From contig JARFYF010000059.1 of NCBI GenBank assembly GCA_030265395.1, forward strand, positions 21,634,135 to 21,698,134: a stretch of 64,000 bases of DNA. The letters are read 5' to 3'. Each line of letters opens with the position of its first letter. Position 1 is the first letter of the stretch. Made by a program: the position numbers and the translations under genes. This document shows positions 35,246 through 48,929 of this stretch, in pieces. This DNA comes from Rhina ancylostomus (Eukaryota). The notes beneath the pieces are model-generated. The model searched no databases, was not told the origin of the DNA, and worked only from the letters and a program-made list of their open reading frames with translations.

Positions 35246-37601
35246 CTTCTTTCTATATAAATCACTCTGTGTCTACATCTGTTTTGGGGATTGTAAAAGG
35301 TGGAAAAAGAATGTCTTAATAATACATTTCCATAGGAAAAGAAGCCAAAAGGAAGGTGTTCATCTGTGAGCTGTATTGTGGATAAGAATATGAGATGTGA
35401 CAGTAATTGATTCAGTGATGAAGTAATTTGTTGTCATTATGAAGGTCTGGCAAGATTGGAATTCAGCAAAAAAACCTGACAGAAAGCAAAATAAATAACT
35501 CTAATGCACAGTCAGGCTCCTGATACTCTCTCTTTCTCTGTCTGCATTTCTTCTCCATGAATCAGTTTAATAGGTGGCAGTGCACACTGATGTATACTGT
35601 CAATTCGTGTTAGGTATCAGGACCTGGTTCTAATAAAAGGCTGTTTATTTATTGGAGAATATGTACATGAGGGAAGTTCACTGTCAAATGTCAGTGCTTA
35701 TGTTTTGTAGAGAGGTTGGGGGATTACGTTAAAGTGAATTGACAAGCAAGTACAAAAGGTAAATGCTGTTCATGCTCCAATTTAGAATTACTGTATCAGT
35801 GGAGCATCAGAACAAATGTAGAGGTCGTATAGAAAAGAACAGGCAGAACATACTTCAGGGATAAGGTGAAAGGCTATTCAAATATGATGCAGGTTATAGA
35901 TCTTCAAGTATATAAAGCAAAAGAAAGGTTTCTGTTTTGCCAACCTATATCTGTAAAGCTGTAAATTTTGTGAACATTGGTCACACCTTGATGGGTAAAA
36001 TTGAGAAGGCAACCTGATGCCAGGAATTTGGGAGTTCCTGCCAATCTGCAACCCTCTTTCACCAACAGGAATAAGGCCATAACTGCCTCAGGTTGTGTTT
36101 ACCCAGAGCAATTAAACTTTGCAACCTTAACAGGGATGGGCAGTTAAAGTCCAGCTTCACTTCACTACACCATACTTGTTATTAAACTGCTTACTATCTA
36201 CTTCAAAATGAACACTGCTGCAGAAGATTTACAAACAGAATTGTGATTGAAAGGAAGATACATATATACTTGTTGGTATATAATCCTGTTACTTTGTTTA
36301 ATGATTTTTAGCTGCTGTTTAGAAAGTGCTAACATGAATTTTGAATAGGGCTGTCTTTCCTCCGTCCCTTGATGTGAGGTCATTAATGAGAGCAGTGAAA
36401 TATGGCTAGTGCTCATGGTGATATTAGACCTGAATGTGATGACCTCACAAGAGCAGGGAGGAGGTGCCTTGACTAGAGCTACAGCATAAAGCTGATATTA
36501 AGAAGTGACCAGCAGTCCATAGTAAGGGTACAATTATGTTAAGTATCAGGGAACTTCTCAGTCAAGCATATTTAAACCTTCAAGAATACTGTGTACAATA
36601 GACTAATGTAGCATGTGGGAGCATTCCCAAACAACTCACTCACCTGTCAAACACCAGTTGTCCCATCTGGAGCAGAGCCCTTTGATCCTACATTGGACTT
36701 CAGCCACCTCAGAATGCACATAACTGGAGTCTTGACCCTGACAGATTATCTGAGAATATTTTGAGGTACAAGCTCCAAACCTCCTGCTGAGATCCCAGGG
36801 CAGTTCAGTGGAGCTTGGGTCTCTCCCATGCAGTGGCGTGGAGCTGGTGCTAAGGGTGGCAAATCAGAAGAGGCCTATCTCTCTTACTCTGAAATAATTG
36901 TGATCCTGATTGAACTATTTAGACTTATTTATACACACATTATGGAAAAGAGCATTCATATCTGCATTCCTACAATGGATAGTGAAATTCTTAAATGGGT
37001 ATTCAAGACAGTCGAAACTCATCACTGTGAAGCCATCTCCTTCTCTGTCTCTTTCCTGCTCACAAGGCTCTTGGCTGTATATGGAGATAACATTAGAATC
37101 AATCAGTCTGGAGGTGACTGGGTAATTCCCCTTTCAAACTGCTTCAAATGACTAAGATTAATTTTATCCACATAATTTGTACATATCTTCAATCATGCAT
37201 TTTTCTGGATAAATTACCCTGTTTTTATAAGGAAAAGTTGTTGCAGTTTCTCCTTCCTCCACTCCTTAAACAGACTCTATTTTCTGAGTAAATTGACTTT
37301 GCTTGCTATATAATAAATGTTTGTCCCACCACCAGCCGTTGCCAATAAATGCTCTTTTTTTTGGAGGAACCTTAAGATTATGAAAGCACATTTGGGTGTA
37401 GATCTATTTTTTCATGACTATCTTCTGTATTCAGTTGTCATCTTAGGCTGGAGAATAGAGGGGGCTAGGAAAGGAATGGTAAGTGGTGAAGAAAACAAAA
37501 TAAGATGTTGTTCCTTACAGAGAAAAGCTTTAGTGTAAGTGTGTAGAACTGGCTCCTATTTTACTCTCACATATTCCAGGATCAGCACTTATTATGGTTA
37601 C

Positions 37602-37776
37602 CTTTTGTCTGCTGAACTGGATGCCTGGCTGAGATCATTGTTTCCAATGAAATTCCGGATTTCAGAGAAGTACGATTCCTCCTTCTCTTCCAAAAGTGCA
37701 GTATTGTCTAACTCAGAGTTGGGGGAAGATGCACTGGTGCCCAGGTGATTGGATGAGACCCCAGAATGTTGGCTCA
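37602..37776 (-). CDS. PRDM16: PRDM16 exon 14 equivalent (175 nt)
   Basis: CTCTTCCTTTTCAG|TG AGC; (V)[57 protein letters not shown](R), then |GTAACC. Confidence 0.96.
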
Positions 37777-38777
37777 CTGAAAAGGAAGAGGAGAGGATGA
37801 GGATACCTGTCCACAGGAATCATGAATCATCATGTGCAAATCTAAACTCCTTGTCCACTTTTTTATCTTTTATTTAGAAAATAACATCTCATGCAAATTC
37901 TTGTTAAGTGCTCTGCATTTGCACAATCCATATCAGTTTTGGACGTGTGGCAAGTAAGCAAGAACTTGGATACAAAGAATCAGTGGAGAGGCTTGCATTA
38001 CTGTTTATCTTCAAAAATAATGATGGGGGCAGAGATTAAATCATACAATAGATAGGTGCCAAACAATACAAGTCATGTTCAATGATCTGAAGGACTAGTT
38101 TCACTTGGCTATAAAGATAGAAATTGGAGATTTTCCAGTTTTTATTTCTTCCTAATTGACCAGGGTTTTTGACCTGTTTTTTAGGTAGCACGTGACACAC
38201 AGGAGATTAAAGAAACTCTCAATGCGATGCTTAAGATAGCCCAGTAGTATGGGATAGGTTAGATGGAGCAGCTATCTTTTTTAACTTTGCCTGCTGCTTT
38301 TGTGTGCTGTATGTTTAATGAACTGGAAGCATAAAGGCTGTGAAAGATTTTTGACTCTGCTGCAGGTCACTGTGTCTGGGTAGACCACCTCTAGGCAATA
38401 CAATAATGTTGAAACAATGGGAATGCAATCTGGTTTATAAAAGCAATGAAGACACTTTTCACAACAATAATTAAAAGGGCAAAACCTTCCTGAATTGTAC
38501 ATGAGTAGTAATAAAAATAAAGGCAATAATAGTAAGTTGTAGTAAAATGTATCACCGTGATTCATAGGTGTTGGGGAAGAGAGGGGAGAGAGAAAGTGAA
38601 GAAAAATTAGTCACTGAACAAAAATTGGGAGAAATAGTGCAAAGGGTGACTGAAGCCATGCAATTTGGCTTTGCCAACAATGTGACGGCTTCATGGCCAC
38701 TTTTGGTGATACTTTTACTTCAGGATTTTGTACAGTTGAATTTAATTTTGCAAACTGGCTGGAGGTGGCTTACATCA

Positions 38778-39113
<336 letters not shown>

Positions 39114-39239
39114 TCAAACTTTGGAGCTGTTTATTGCTCTTGTCAGTTTAATGAAAATCTTGGAACCAATAAGCCTTGGAAAAATCATAGGCATCTCATT
39201 ATCCTTTCATGCAGTTCTTGGTATGATATGTTAAATCCT

Positions 39240-39630
39240 CCATGAAAGAGAAGGCTATGGCGCCAATCTAACAGAGATCTCTAAAACTATGAAGAGGTTC
39301 AATAGAGTTAAATGTAGAGAAGGTGTTTTCACATCGGGAAGTCTAAATTTCATGGTAATAAATATAACATGGTCATATTAAGTTCAATAAAATATTCAAG
39401 CGATTAGTAAAAGTATTGAAGTTTTCTTATTACCAGAGAATTGTTTGAAAGTTGAACTTGCTACTACATGGTATAGTTGAGGAAAATGGAGGGAACTGGA
39501 TAAATGGATCATGTAATAGAAGATTATGCTAAAGGATGAAATAAGGAATCAGAAGTGGATGCATGTAAAGCCTAAACAGAGGCATAGATCTGATGGGCTG
39601 TACGGACTGTTTCTGAGCTACAAAAAACAC
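39240..39630 (+). mobile_element. Old CR1 3' fragment
   Basis: agaaggct...gagatctctaaaactatgaagaggttcaatagagt RT end, with a gatgggctgtacggactgtttctg tail. Confidence 0.65.
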
Positions 39631-42299
39631 TATGTAATTAATTAAGCAAAAATATAAAGAAACAGCCAATAAGTGAATGAGAAACTAATAATTTTTGTTA
39701 TAGTGTTGGTTGAGGGATGAACGTTGGCCAGCATGTGTTCAAAGTCTAATAATCAATAATCATTTTCAGTTTCCAAAAGTGCTAAAAGTAGAACCTAATA
39801 ACATAGGTTTAAGAAAATGGGCTTGTGGAAAACAGGGACTTAGTGCAACAAAAATCAATTGTCATATCACTTGATTTAGAGATTATGGGCCCTTGTGTCA
39901 TGGTTTCATTAACCTTCAGTTAACCCAAGAGAACAAGCTGACATCTCATCTGACAATACAGATCATGTGGATAACATGGTTGGGACTGGCTGTGAATGGC
40001 CTGCTGACACTCGCTGCCTGCGCTCACAGACACACAATTGGGGTAAAGTACTAGAAGCAGGTTCTGAGGAACTATCATCTCTCTTTCTTACCTCAACCTC
40101 AGTGACCAGCAACGAGGTGAAAGAAGAACAGGGGGGAAAAGGCTCAGGGCTCCAAAGAGTTAACACGTGGTGAACAGAACACACAGCACAGTCTGTGAGC
40201 TGTTCCCAGGGGTTTATTGATAGAATTGATATGCCACAATTTTACTTTGCTGTACAAACAGCAGATTTCCACTTGTACTGCTAATTGTGCTGGGAAAATT
40301 ACTGGGCATCAAAAGTTTTAATCAGATGAATCCTTTTATGTTCTGCCTAAAAAATGCCTGCTGCTAATTTAAGACCCTGGTGCAGCATGGGTCAGAGGCA
40401 ATTGTCAAATGGCGAGAAAGCTTGAGTGTTTTGTTTAGTGCACCAGGGACTGAGAGTTACTTCATCTGGACCGGCTGGTCATCAGCACAGTGCCCGGATC
40501 ATTTGCTCTAAAACTGGGGTCTTCGAGCGGTCACTGTTCATCAGACAATCTCCTTGCGCAATCTGATAATCACTGTGCGAGTGAAGTGCTCTGCACCATG
40601 AACCGTGAAGGGTTTTAAAACAAAGCCTCGGCTCACTCTCCAATGTGCTGCATATTTACCTCGAAGTCAACTTGAAAAGTTGCAGGGAAAATGATCCCAG
40701 TCATTTGTTAGGGCAAATTGTTTCTAAATGACCTAATCATACAGAAAGAAAGAGAGAGAGAACAAAAAAAAGCTGACAAAGCTAAAACATCATCCTTAGG
40801 GGATTTTCAATCTGTAATGGAGGCGGCAAACAGGGAATGAGAAAGTGACGTCTACAATCAGCAAAGATTTAAACAGCATCAATCTTCTTTCTTTGCACTT
40901 TTAAAATTCCTTAATCTGCCAGTTGCAGTTTCTCAGGATTGATCCAGTAGATTGGGAACAGAAGAAAGGCCGACTGCACCCTCTCATGCATTCTTACCGA
41001 ATGACATTTTTAAGGTTGTGGGAGTTGTTGGAAAGGAGGGAAAGAAGCCCAACTATTCATTGTTCTGAAGATCTTTTTGCCATCTAAGAGGTGGGAGTGA
41101 GTGAATGGCAAGGGGAGGAATGGGTGGTGGATGAGTGGGCTGTTAGATTACAGGTATTTCCCGGCCTCACAATGTTTAAGTTATCCATTCAGTGATCCCA
41201 TCTTGATTGATACAGTCTGGCCAGCCAGCAGATAAGGACAATCTACACTGCCAAGTTCATTTCTTGTTCTGAAAGCAATTTTAACTGTCGGCCCTCTCGG
41301 GGATGTAATAAATCCTGGAAGAAAGCATATGAGTTCTTTGTAGGTAGACTCAACTAACAACTCCAATGCACTCAAACTGGTCATTTCCCTCATTACATCA
41401 GTTCAGTAAAATCTTAATAGAAATTCAAGTTATGGCTGAAATATGCAAAAATCTGAATGGCAGTATAACTCCAATCAGTTTGCTTGTTATATGCCTGTAT
41501 CAGATTGATTTGTCTGGTACAAGTGCAAATGGAGAGAGCTCCATCACCTCAGAACAGGTAAGGGCCTCCATTTTATTGAAGGGGTTTCCATTTTTCTGTC
41601 CTTTTGGCAAGGGTTATTTAAATTACCTTGACTTGAAATATTTTTTTACAAATAAACAAGAGTTCTTTGCAACATTTTAAATGAAACACGAGTGTGAATT
41701 CTGCCTGATCTGCATGTCCCCACTGGCTCCATACACAGCACATTCCCTGCACCCTGGTAAATAAACAGTAGCATCTGGTTCGGAAGATGAAATGACCAGC
41801 ACAGCAAAGGCTAATGCAATTAGTTCTTTATGTCTTATTCAGACCCACAGGCAGGGAATATTTTTCTTTGCTTTTCTAACAAATTTCCTTTCACTATTTG
41901 ATCCCAAGTTGCCTTAAAGATGACGGAGTTCTTGGCACTAATTATCAAACTAACATTACTACAAGAAACAAAATAGCTATGTTTCTTTATCATTTATAGA
42001 AATAATCTATGGAGTTAACTAAGCTTTCATCATTAAGATTCTTGTCCTTACAATTTGACGGTTCATTTCTGACCCCATTCTTGTGACATCAGCCATAATC
42101 TGGACTGAATCTTTGGTGTGCAGTTGCAGCACACCAGATGAGTGCTACACTATCAGAGGCACTGCCTTTCAGCTGAAATGTTATATTGTTGCATCTTGTG
42201 CCATCTCAGAGGGATGTAAATTATTCCATTGTATAGCTTGAATTCCTGAGACCAGATCCTGAAACAGATGCTTTATTCCAAGCTATGTTATGGGATAAC

Positions 42300-42965
42300 A
42301 TCACCATGCAGACAGAAGAAAAGATTCAATGTGATAGGACAGGACCAGGCAAAAGTGAACTGTGAGCTGCTGCTTGCAGCTACATTGACAGACAACCATT
42401 GGGAGTCATTCAGAAGTGAAATAGTTCGGAGCCAATTAGTACTTATTGGGATGAAAGGTAAGGACAACAAGTCCAAGGAACCCTGGATGTCAATTAATAT
42501 TGAGGGTTGAATAAAAAATGTAGCTACAGGAATATAAAAAAATGGAGGGGGGGATTTAAAAAATAACCAGGAAGCTGAAGAGGAGACACAAGATAGTACA
42601 GGCAAAAAAGATTAAGGAAAATGTCAAAGCATTTATTAAGTACATTAAGGGTAAGAGGGTAGCCAGCGAAAGAGTAGGGCCCATTTTTGAATAAAAATAC
42701 CCTATTTGATTGGAGGAGAACAAATATGGTATTTTTATTCAAAAATGATAACAGGGATAAGCAAAATAATTACAGAGCACGTTGGTTTAAGGTAAAGGGA
42801 AGGAGGTTTAGAGGTGATTTGAGGGAGTGGTGGAGGCAGGTACTCTCACAACATTTAAGAAGTATTTGAATGAGCACTTGAAACATCAAGGCATAGAAGG
42901 CCAAGGATGAGTCCTGGAAAGTGGGATTAGTATAGATAGATTCTTGATGGCCTGCATGGACACTG
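42300..42965 (+). mobile_element. Internally deleted CR1 LINE
   Basis: WESFRSEIVR...KGKDNKSKEPWMS; FKVKGRRFRGDLR...VVEAGTLTTFKKYL; CR1 tail. Confidence 0.85.
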
Positions 42966-42974
42966 TGGGCCTGC

Positions 42975-43320
42975 TCCCACTCTAATCCAGAATGTGCTCA
43001 AAGCCTCCTTGAAGAAATGGAATGTCCCGATTGACTCCTGGGAATCTCTGGTCCATGACTACTAAAAGAGGTGAAGGAGAATTCGGGATAGTATGGAGAG
43101 CCATGCACTGGAAGCACATAAAGGCCCTACAAAAGCAGCAGAAGGAGCGCGCCACCTCACAAACTACCCACCACTTGCACCACTAGCCTCCACCTGACCC
43201 ATCTGTGGAAGAGTGTGTGATCCCTATATTAGCTTCATTAGACATCTTAGAGCTCACAAGACCCACAAACTGGAATAAGTCATCCTCAATCCCGAGGCAC
43301 TGCCTAGGAAGAAGAAGGAG
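42975..43320 (+). mobile_element. RTE-clade LINE 3' end
   Basis: NVLKASLKKWNVPIDSWESLVHD...ICGRVCDPYISFIRHLRAH (C-terminal CCHH) and a (GAA)n tail. Confidence 0.8.
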
Positions 43321-45111
43321 ACTATCCATGTAAAAACAGAGAGATCTTCCTGGTGTCCTGCCCAGTACATACCCCATAATCCAACCTTGCTAAACATATT
43401 ATCAGGTCACTTTCACGTTGCTGCTTACAGTGGCCTTGCAGTTCACAAAATTGCTACAAGGATTTATAAATATAAATTCATATTTATAATTATGGAGAAT
43501 ATAGTCCAAAAACTGCTTCATGCCAAGACATTTTTAAGTGCAATTTCTGTCATTATAGATACTGAAGCATCTTAAGGGTTTAGAATCCCAGCAGAATGTT
43601 TCATTATATTAGGCCATTTACAATCAATTTAATGTCTTCAAATATTTAGCTTAAACATTGCATAGAGCACTTCCTTGCTCACAGTTAACTTTCCAATTGT
43701 ATGATTTCTAGAACCTGCTTTCAAACTCTCAATTATTCCCTTTCCCATCCCTACCAGAAACAGCACATATATATTTTCCAAAATGGATCTGTTGGAGAGC
43801 AGCACAGACTCCACCTTTCTCTAATCCTGAAGCTTATTGTAGGATTTATACTAACATCCAAAGTGAAATGACCATACTCATCATTGTTGATTGGCCAAAA
43901 ATGATAGAATGGTTCATGATCATTCTGAATAATGAATTTGCTTATGCAACCATTACAGAATGTTAACTTACACTTTTTAAGTTGATGCTCCATGGCATTA
44001 CTTGAGGCTGTGCTCTGTTAACTTCAAGTTATGCTAAACCCAAGCCTCTCCATTTAAATACCTTGTTCATGTGCTAATCTATAAATAAATAGTCTAACAA
44101 GATAAATCTGGGGAAATGTAGTCACTTACAACTTCTGAGGGCAGTTTTAATTGCTTGCAAATTTCTTGCTGCAGTTTAGAAAAGATCAAAATGAAATGGC
44201 TAACTTACTTTTCTTTATAACAGAATTCTTTTTAGGAGACAGATATCTTGAAGTGCACTTCTTCCACACAAACTGATAACATTTTCTGAATTTGTTGGAT
44301 TGGGCCTGATTGAGCTCTGATGTGGGCAGCAGTTCTGTAGGGAACCATAGCCCATCGACTCTCTAATATTTGGCGCATTCTCTGCTGCAAAGTGGAAGTT
44401 GGAAATGTGTTGGGAACATCAAACCTCCTGTTCTGCCACTGGAATAACACTGAATTTAGATCATACTGAGCTGAGGGAATGGAAGCACTTTGCATTTCTC
44501 CCCTCAGCTTTACACCAAGGACAGCTGGCACACAAATGGTGAACCCATTGACTTAAATTGGGTCACTAGCTCACTAAAAGGTAGCTTAAATGATTTTTAT
44601 GTGTACTTCTTTCGCTTTATTTTGAAATTAATTAACAGTAGGTTCATGCATTTAAAATTAAATATATTATGTTTTGATTTTAACTATTTGAAAAATAATT
44701 TTCGGTTCTTCTAATTACTTAAATACATTTAAACTGTATGTAAATATCTCACACTTCCTAGAGACATTTGAAACCAGTTAAAGTTACCTTTGAAGGCAGT
44801 GAGCTGGATTCAAGGCCTCAGGTTCTGCCATCTGAGACCTAGTTGTTACTTGTAGATTTGTAGGCCTCATGAAAGGGCCAGAGTAGTGAAGTTCCCAGTA
44901 CAAAGAATGCTGCAGGTGCTGCAGTATTTAAGAGTGGCACCCACAGGATAAGCACACAGACCAATTGTGGGCAATGGATTGGAATGAGAACATAATCTGT
45001 ATCATTTCAGGCTAAGGTACAGGAGGCTCAGCATAAGACTCATTCAGGATCAGATGGTTCACTAGGAAGCTGGGCTCAATTCTTCTGAAGCATTGAGGTT
45101 TTTGATTCCTA

Positions 45112-45249
<138 letters not shown>

Positions 45250-46489
45250 TTATGAGATACAAGTACACTCATGGTTGATTTACTTCCTCTGTGGGGTAAA
45301 CCTGTGATGCTGTGAATCAAGTAACTGCCTTAAGGTTGCTGATGTTCACCTGGCAGAAGAGTTACTGCAAGTTTTTTTTTATTGAGATTTTTTTGTAACA
45401 TTAGGTTCAAAAGGCTTTATCTGTCCACGGTTTGTGGTAGGTACCAAAGACCATAGCTTTGACCTTCTCATATTTTAACTCAAGGGAACTGCGGCTCATC
45501 CAAGAGTGGGTCTCAGCCAAGCAATCTGACTACATGGCGGCAGTGGAATGATTGAAATGGCAGGATATTGGAGCTGAATACTGTTGGTGAACAAGAAGAA
45601 CTTGGCCCCATGTTGTACATCATGAAGAAAGGGACTGAGCCACCTCTTCAGGAGACTCCAGAGATAATCAGGACTTGATAGGCATGTGAGATAATAAATT
45701 GCAGGGTACAGGGAAATTAGGGGAAAATGTTTCACTTGTGCAAGTTGCATGAGCTCTGTGACTTTTCTTCTCCTATTCCTAGGTGCATTTGAACCACCAA
45801 TACATGGAGGAGCCTGAGCATATGTGCAGCAGATGCTACAAATGCACTCATGCAAAGGTAGGCCTTCCCAGTGTTTATTGAGGATCTGTCTGAGGAGGCT
45901 CAGGCTGCAGGATTTGATGCTGGGAAATTGTTTCATATAGGTCCCTGTAAATAAAATACTTATGTAGCAACATTTCTCCCTCAGCCACTCCACCAATCCA
46001 TATTGATTCCTGGGTATCCACCCTTCATCTGATGCCAAGATGTTGAGTCCCTTCCTATGCTCACCAATCCCTGATAGCCAAATCTGACAGCTGTTCTCCA
46101 GTTCCTTCCCCCTTGCTACTGACCCATTTTCTAATCTCCATCTTTGACCACAAATTCTGGCTCCCTACCCTCAGATCTCTGGCTAGCAACTACCCTTTTG
46201 ATCCTTTCCGTTCCCGATTTCTGTCCTCTTATCAATCCCTGACCATTTCTCCAATGGTGATCTCCAATGCTCTCCCCAGCCCGAGGCACCACTCTCTTCC
46301 AACCCCACCCACCCTATGCACAACACTGCTGGAATTGTGAAGCAAGTTTGCCTTAAGTCTCATCCTGCCAAATTTTGCAGCAATGGACTGAGGAAACAAT
46401 TGTTGGACTGCTTTGCACCATCTGATTAACACGTCTCTCCCATCAGAGTTCATTATCTGGGCTAGTTTCTGCTGCAGAAAACTAAGGCC

Positions 46490-46847
46490 ATAAACGTGAT
46501 TAATAATTCAAATTAAAATTCCAGGGAGTTTCTTTCCCCAAAGATTGGTTCGTTTGTGGAACTTGCAGTGCAACTCACAAACACATGGAATTGTTGAGGG
46601 AATGACAGATTCATATAGGGGCAAGTTAGCTAAGTCCATGAAGGAGAAATGAATAAAAACAATGTTGATAGGATGCAATGATATAGTTTGGGCAGAAGTG
46701 CATGTGAAACATGTACATCAGCATGGAATAGGTGAGCCATGTGCACTGTCTGCATAATGTGCAGATCAGGAGGTTAATTGGTCATTATAAAATTGCCCCC
46801 TCATGTACAGGTGAGGGTGGAAATTAATGAGAATGTGGGCAGGATAA
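46490..46847 (+). mobile_element. CR1 3' fragment followed by a V-SINE 3' fragment running into the gap
   Basis: ttctttccccaaagattggttcgtttgtggaacttgc; aggttaattggtcattataaaattgcccc matches the 28428 SINE. Confidence 0.65.
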
Positions 46848-47068
46848 NNNNNNNNNNNNNNNNNNNNNNNNNNNNNNNNNNNNNNNNNNNNNNNNNNNNN
46901 NNNNNNNNNNNNNNNNNNNNNNNNNNNNNNNNNNNNNNNNNNNNNNNNNNNNNNNNNNNNNNNNNNNNNNNNNNNNNNNNNNNNNNNNNNNNNNNNNNNN
47001 NNNNNNNNNNNNNNNNNNNNNNNNNNNNNNNNNNNNNNNNNNNNNNNNNNNNNNNNNNNNNNNNNNNN

Positions 47069-47210
47069 GAAGTATAGCATCAGACAGCGTGGATGGGGGT
47101 GATCGGAAGTTGAAGCCATGGTGGGGAGAAGCTTGCAGAGCACCCATGGTGTCCATTTTCAATGTACCAAAACTCTCCAGCTTTTCCGTCATAGTCTCCA
47201 TAGCAGCCAT
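47069..47210 (-). CDS. PRDM16: PRDM16 exon 11 equivalent, 3' end lost in an assembly gap
   Basis: TCTTTTACAG|ATG; MAAMETMTEKLESFGTLKMDTMGALQASPHHGFNFRSPPSTLSDAIL, then Ns at 47068-46848. The expected RKGKERYTCR and the donor are missing. Confidence 0.95.
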
Positions 47211-48514
47211 CTGTAAAAGATCACAACATAAATTTCCAAGCTACCAACTTGGAGGGAAAGGCAAGAGAAAGAACAATTTAGGGCTGTCCTTACCAGATAC
47301 ACCAGCACAAAGAAATTTCCATACTATCATAGCAAACAGGAACAGGCCATTCAGTTCCTCAAACCACCACTACCATTCAATGTATCCATGGATGATTTAT
47401 AGATTGACCCCATTTACGCACCTTTCTGCATAATGCTTAACACCCTTTTGGAACAAAGGTCTTTCAAGTCCAGTCTTGAAAGTTTTGGTTGAGCTTCCCC
47501 AATATTCATAGCATTTTGGTCAAAAATGATGCACATCTTAAATACCTGCTCTGAAAATTGCTTCTCAATCTCCTTCCCAAATACTTTCATTCTAACTTTA
47601 AGATGCTAACTTCTTATTCTGGATTCACCCGCTAAAGGAGATTGCTTTTTAGATCTACACTATTGATGCAGTCAATAGCATGATCCATATTGGTTAATAA
47701 CCTGGTTCCTGCGCTGTACTGTTTTATGTTCTATAACCAGGTGACCCTATGTGTCAATAGCCTACCTCATAAACCAGGTTTAATATTGCACTGGACTGAC
47801 ACTCCAAGCAGCAGCAACTGAAGCATGAAAGATTGTCTTCACCCCTTGTGCTTCATGCCTTTCTAGAATCAGGTGGGGCCCAGTCGAGCATCAGTGTTAA
47901 AATAAAGTTGCCTTGTGACAGTGGTAAAGCTCCAGTTCAGAGGTCCCCCTAAAATCAATTTGATTCACTGGGTCTTGGTCAAAAACTGTCAGTTCTCAGT
48001 GCTCACTGTTTCATTAACATGCAGAACTTCGCCACACCCTCAACTCTAAACGATGTCCCTAGTGATCCTGGATAGTGAGTGTCAGGAGATTGTTCAATGA
48101 CCCTCAAATACATACTGTTCAATGTTGTGAACCCAGAGTGAACTTTAACTTCTTTAACCCAGAGACACAAAACTTTTAGCCAGCTCTTTCCTGACGTGTA
48201 AAATAGTGCAAACAAAATACCTATGTATCCTTATACAATATATACAATATATTGTACAATGTCAGATTGCGATTAAAAGTCATGGGAATCTCTTAGTTAA
48301 AAAAGTCTTTATTCGTAAAACATCATGCATAAAATAAATACTGCCTTAATTGTTCAAGGAGTGTTTGCAAACAAAAGTGCAGATAAAATGAGAAATAAAC
48401 AGACAACTAGGAAAAGGGTTCAGAAAATAAGGAATGACTAAAAAAACTGAAAATATGTGACTCAAAATTACTGTATTAATGGATTAATTTTTAACCTGTT
48501 CACATGACATACAT

Positions 48515-48900
48515 GTCAGCCTTGGCTCAGTAGCACTCTCAGCTCTGAGTCAGAAGGTTATGGGTTTAGGCCCCACTTCAGGAATCGAGCACATAATTTG
48601 GCATGACACTCCAATGCTGTTTCAGAGGTGCTGTCCTTCAGCTAAGACTTCAAACTATATGCCTATTCAAGTGGATGTAAACATTCCCACAGCACTATTC
48701 AAAGTAACAAAATTCTCCTGGTACCCTGGCCAACTTTTATCCCACACAGTTATTTATTTATATCTGTGGAACTTACTGTGGCAAATTGGCTGCTGAGTTG
48801 CTTACATAACAGTAACCATACTTGAAAAAAAATTAATTAATTGACATCCTTGAGACAACTGACGAGATGAAAGGTTCAGTATCGCTGCAAGTCTTGTTTT
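48515..48900 (+). mobile_element. Near full-length DeuSINE (SacSINE1-like)
   Basis: cttggctcagtagcactctcagctctgagtcagaaggttatggg head, caagtggatgtaaacattcccacagcactattc, gcaaattggctgctg, atgaaagg...tgcaagtcttg tail. Confidence 0.85.
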
Positions 48901-48929
48901 GTCCCATGATGCCTACATTAAATAGCAGC

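Larger units (their letters stand above)
42050..43460 (+). mobile_element. DeuSINE split in two (about 42050-42242 and 43330-43460) by nested LINE fragments
   Basis: The 5' half ends ctcagagggatgtaaattattccattgtatagcttgaa. The 3' half resumes gagatcttcctggtgtcctgcccagt...tatcaggtcactttcacgttgctg, contiguous in the family consensus. Confidence 0.6.

Noticed and set aside
45496-46038. 180-aa minus ORF; GWIPRNQYGLVEWL faintly recalls a Harbinger transposase block
   Set aside because: Similarity is limited to a few residues, with no catalytic motif or clear splice sites, so it cannot be supported.
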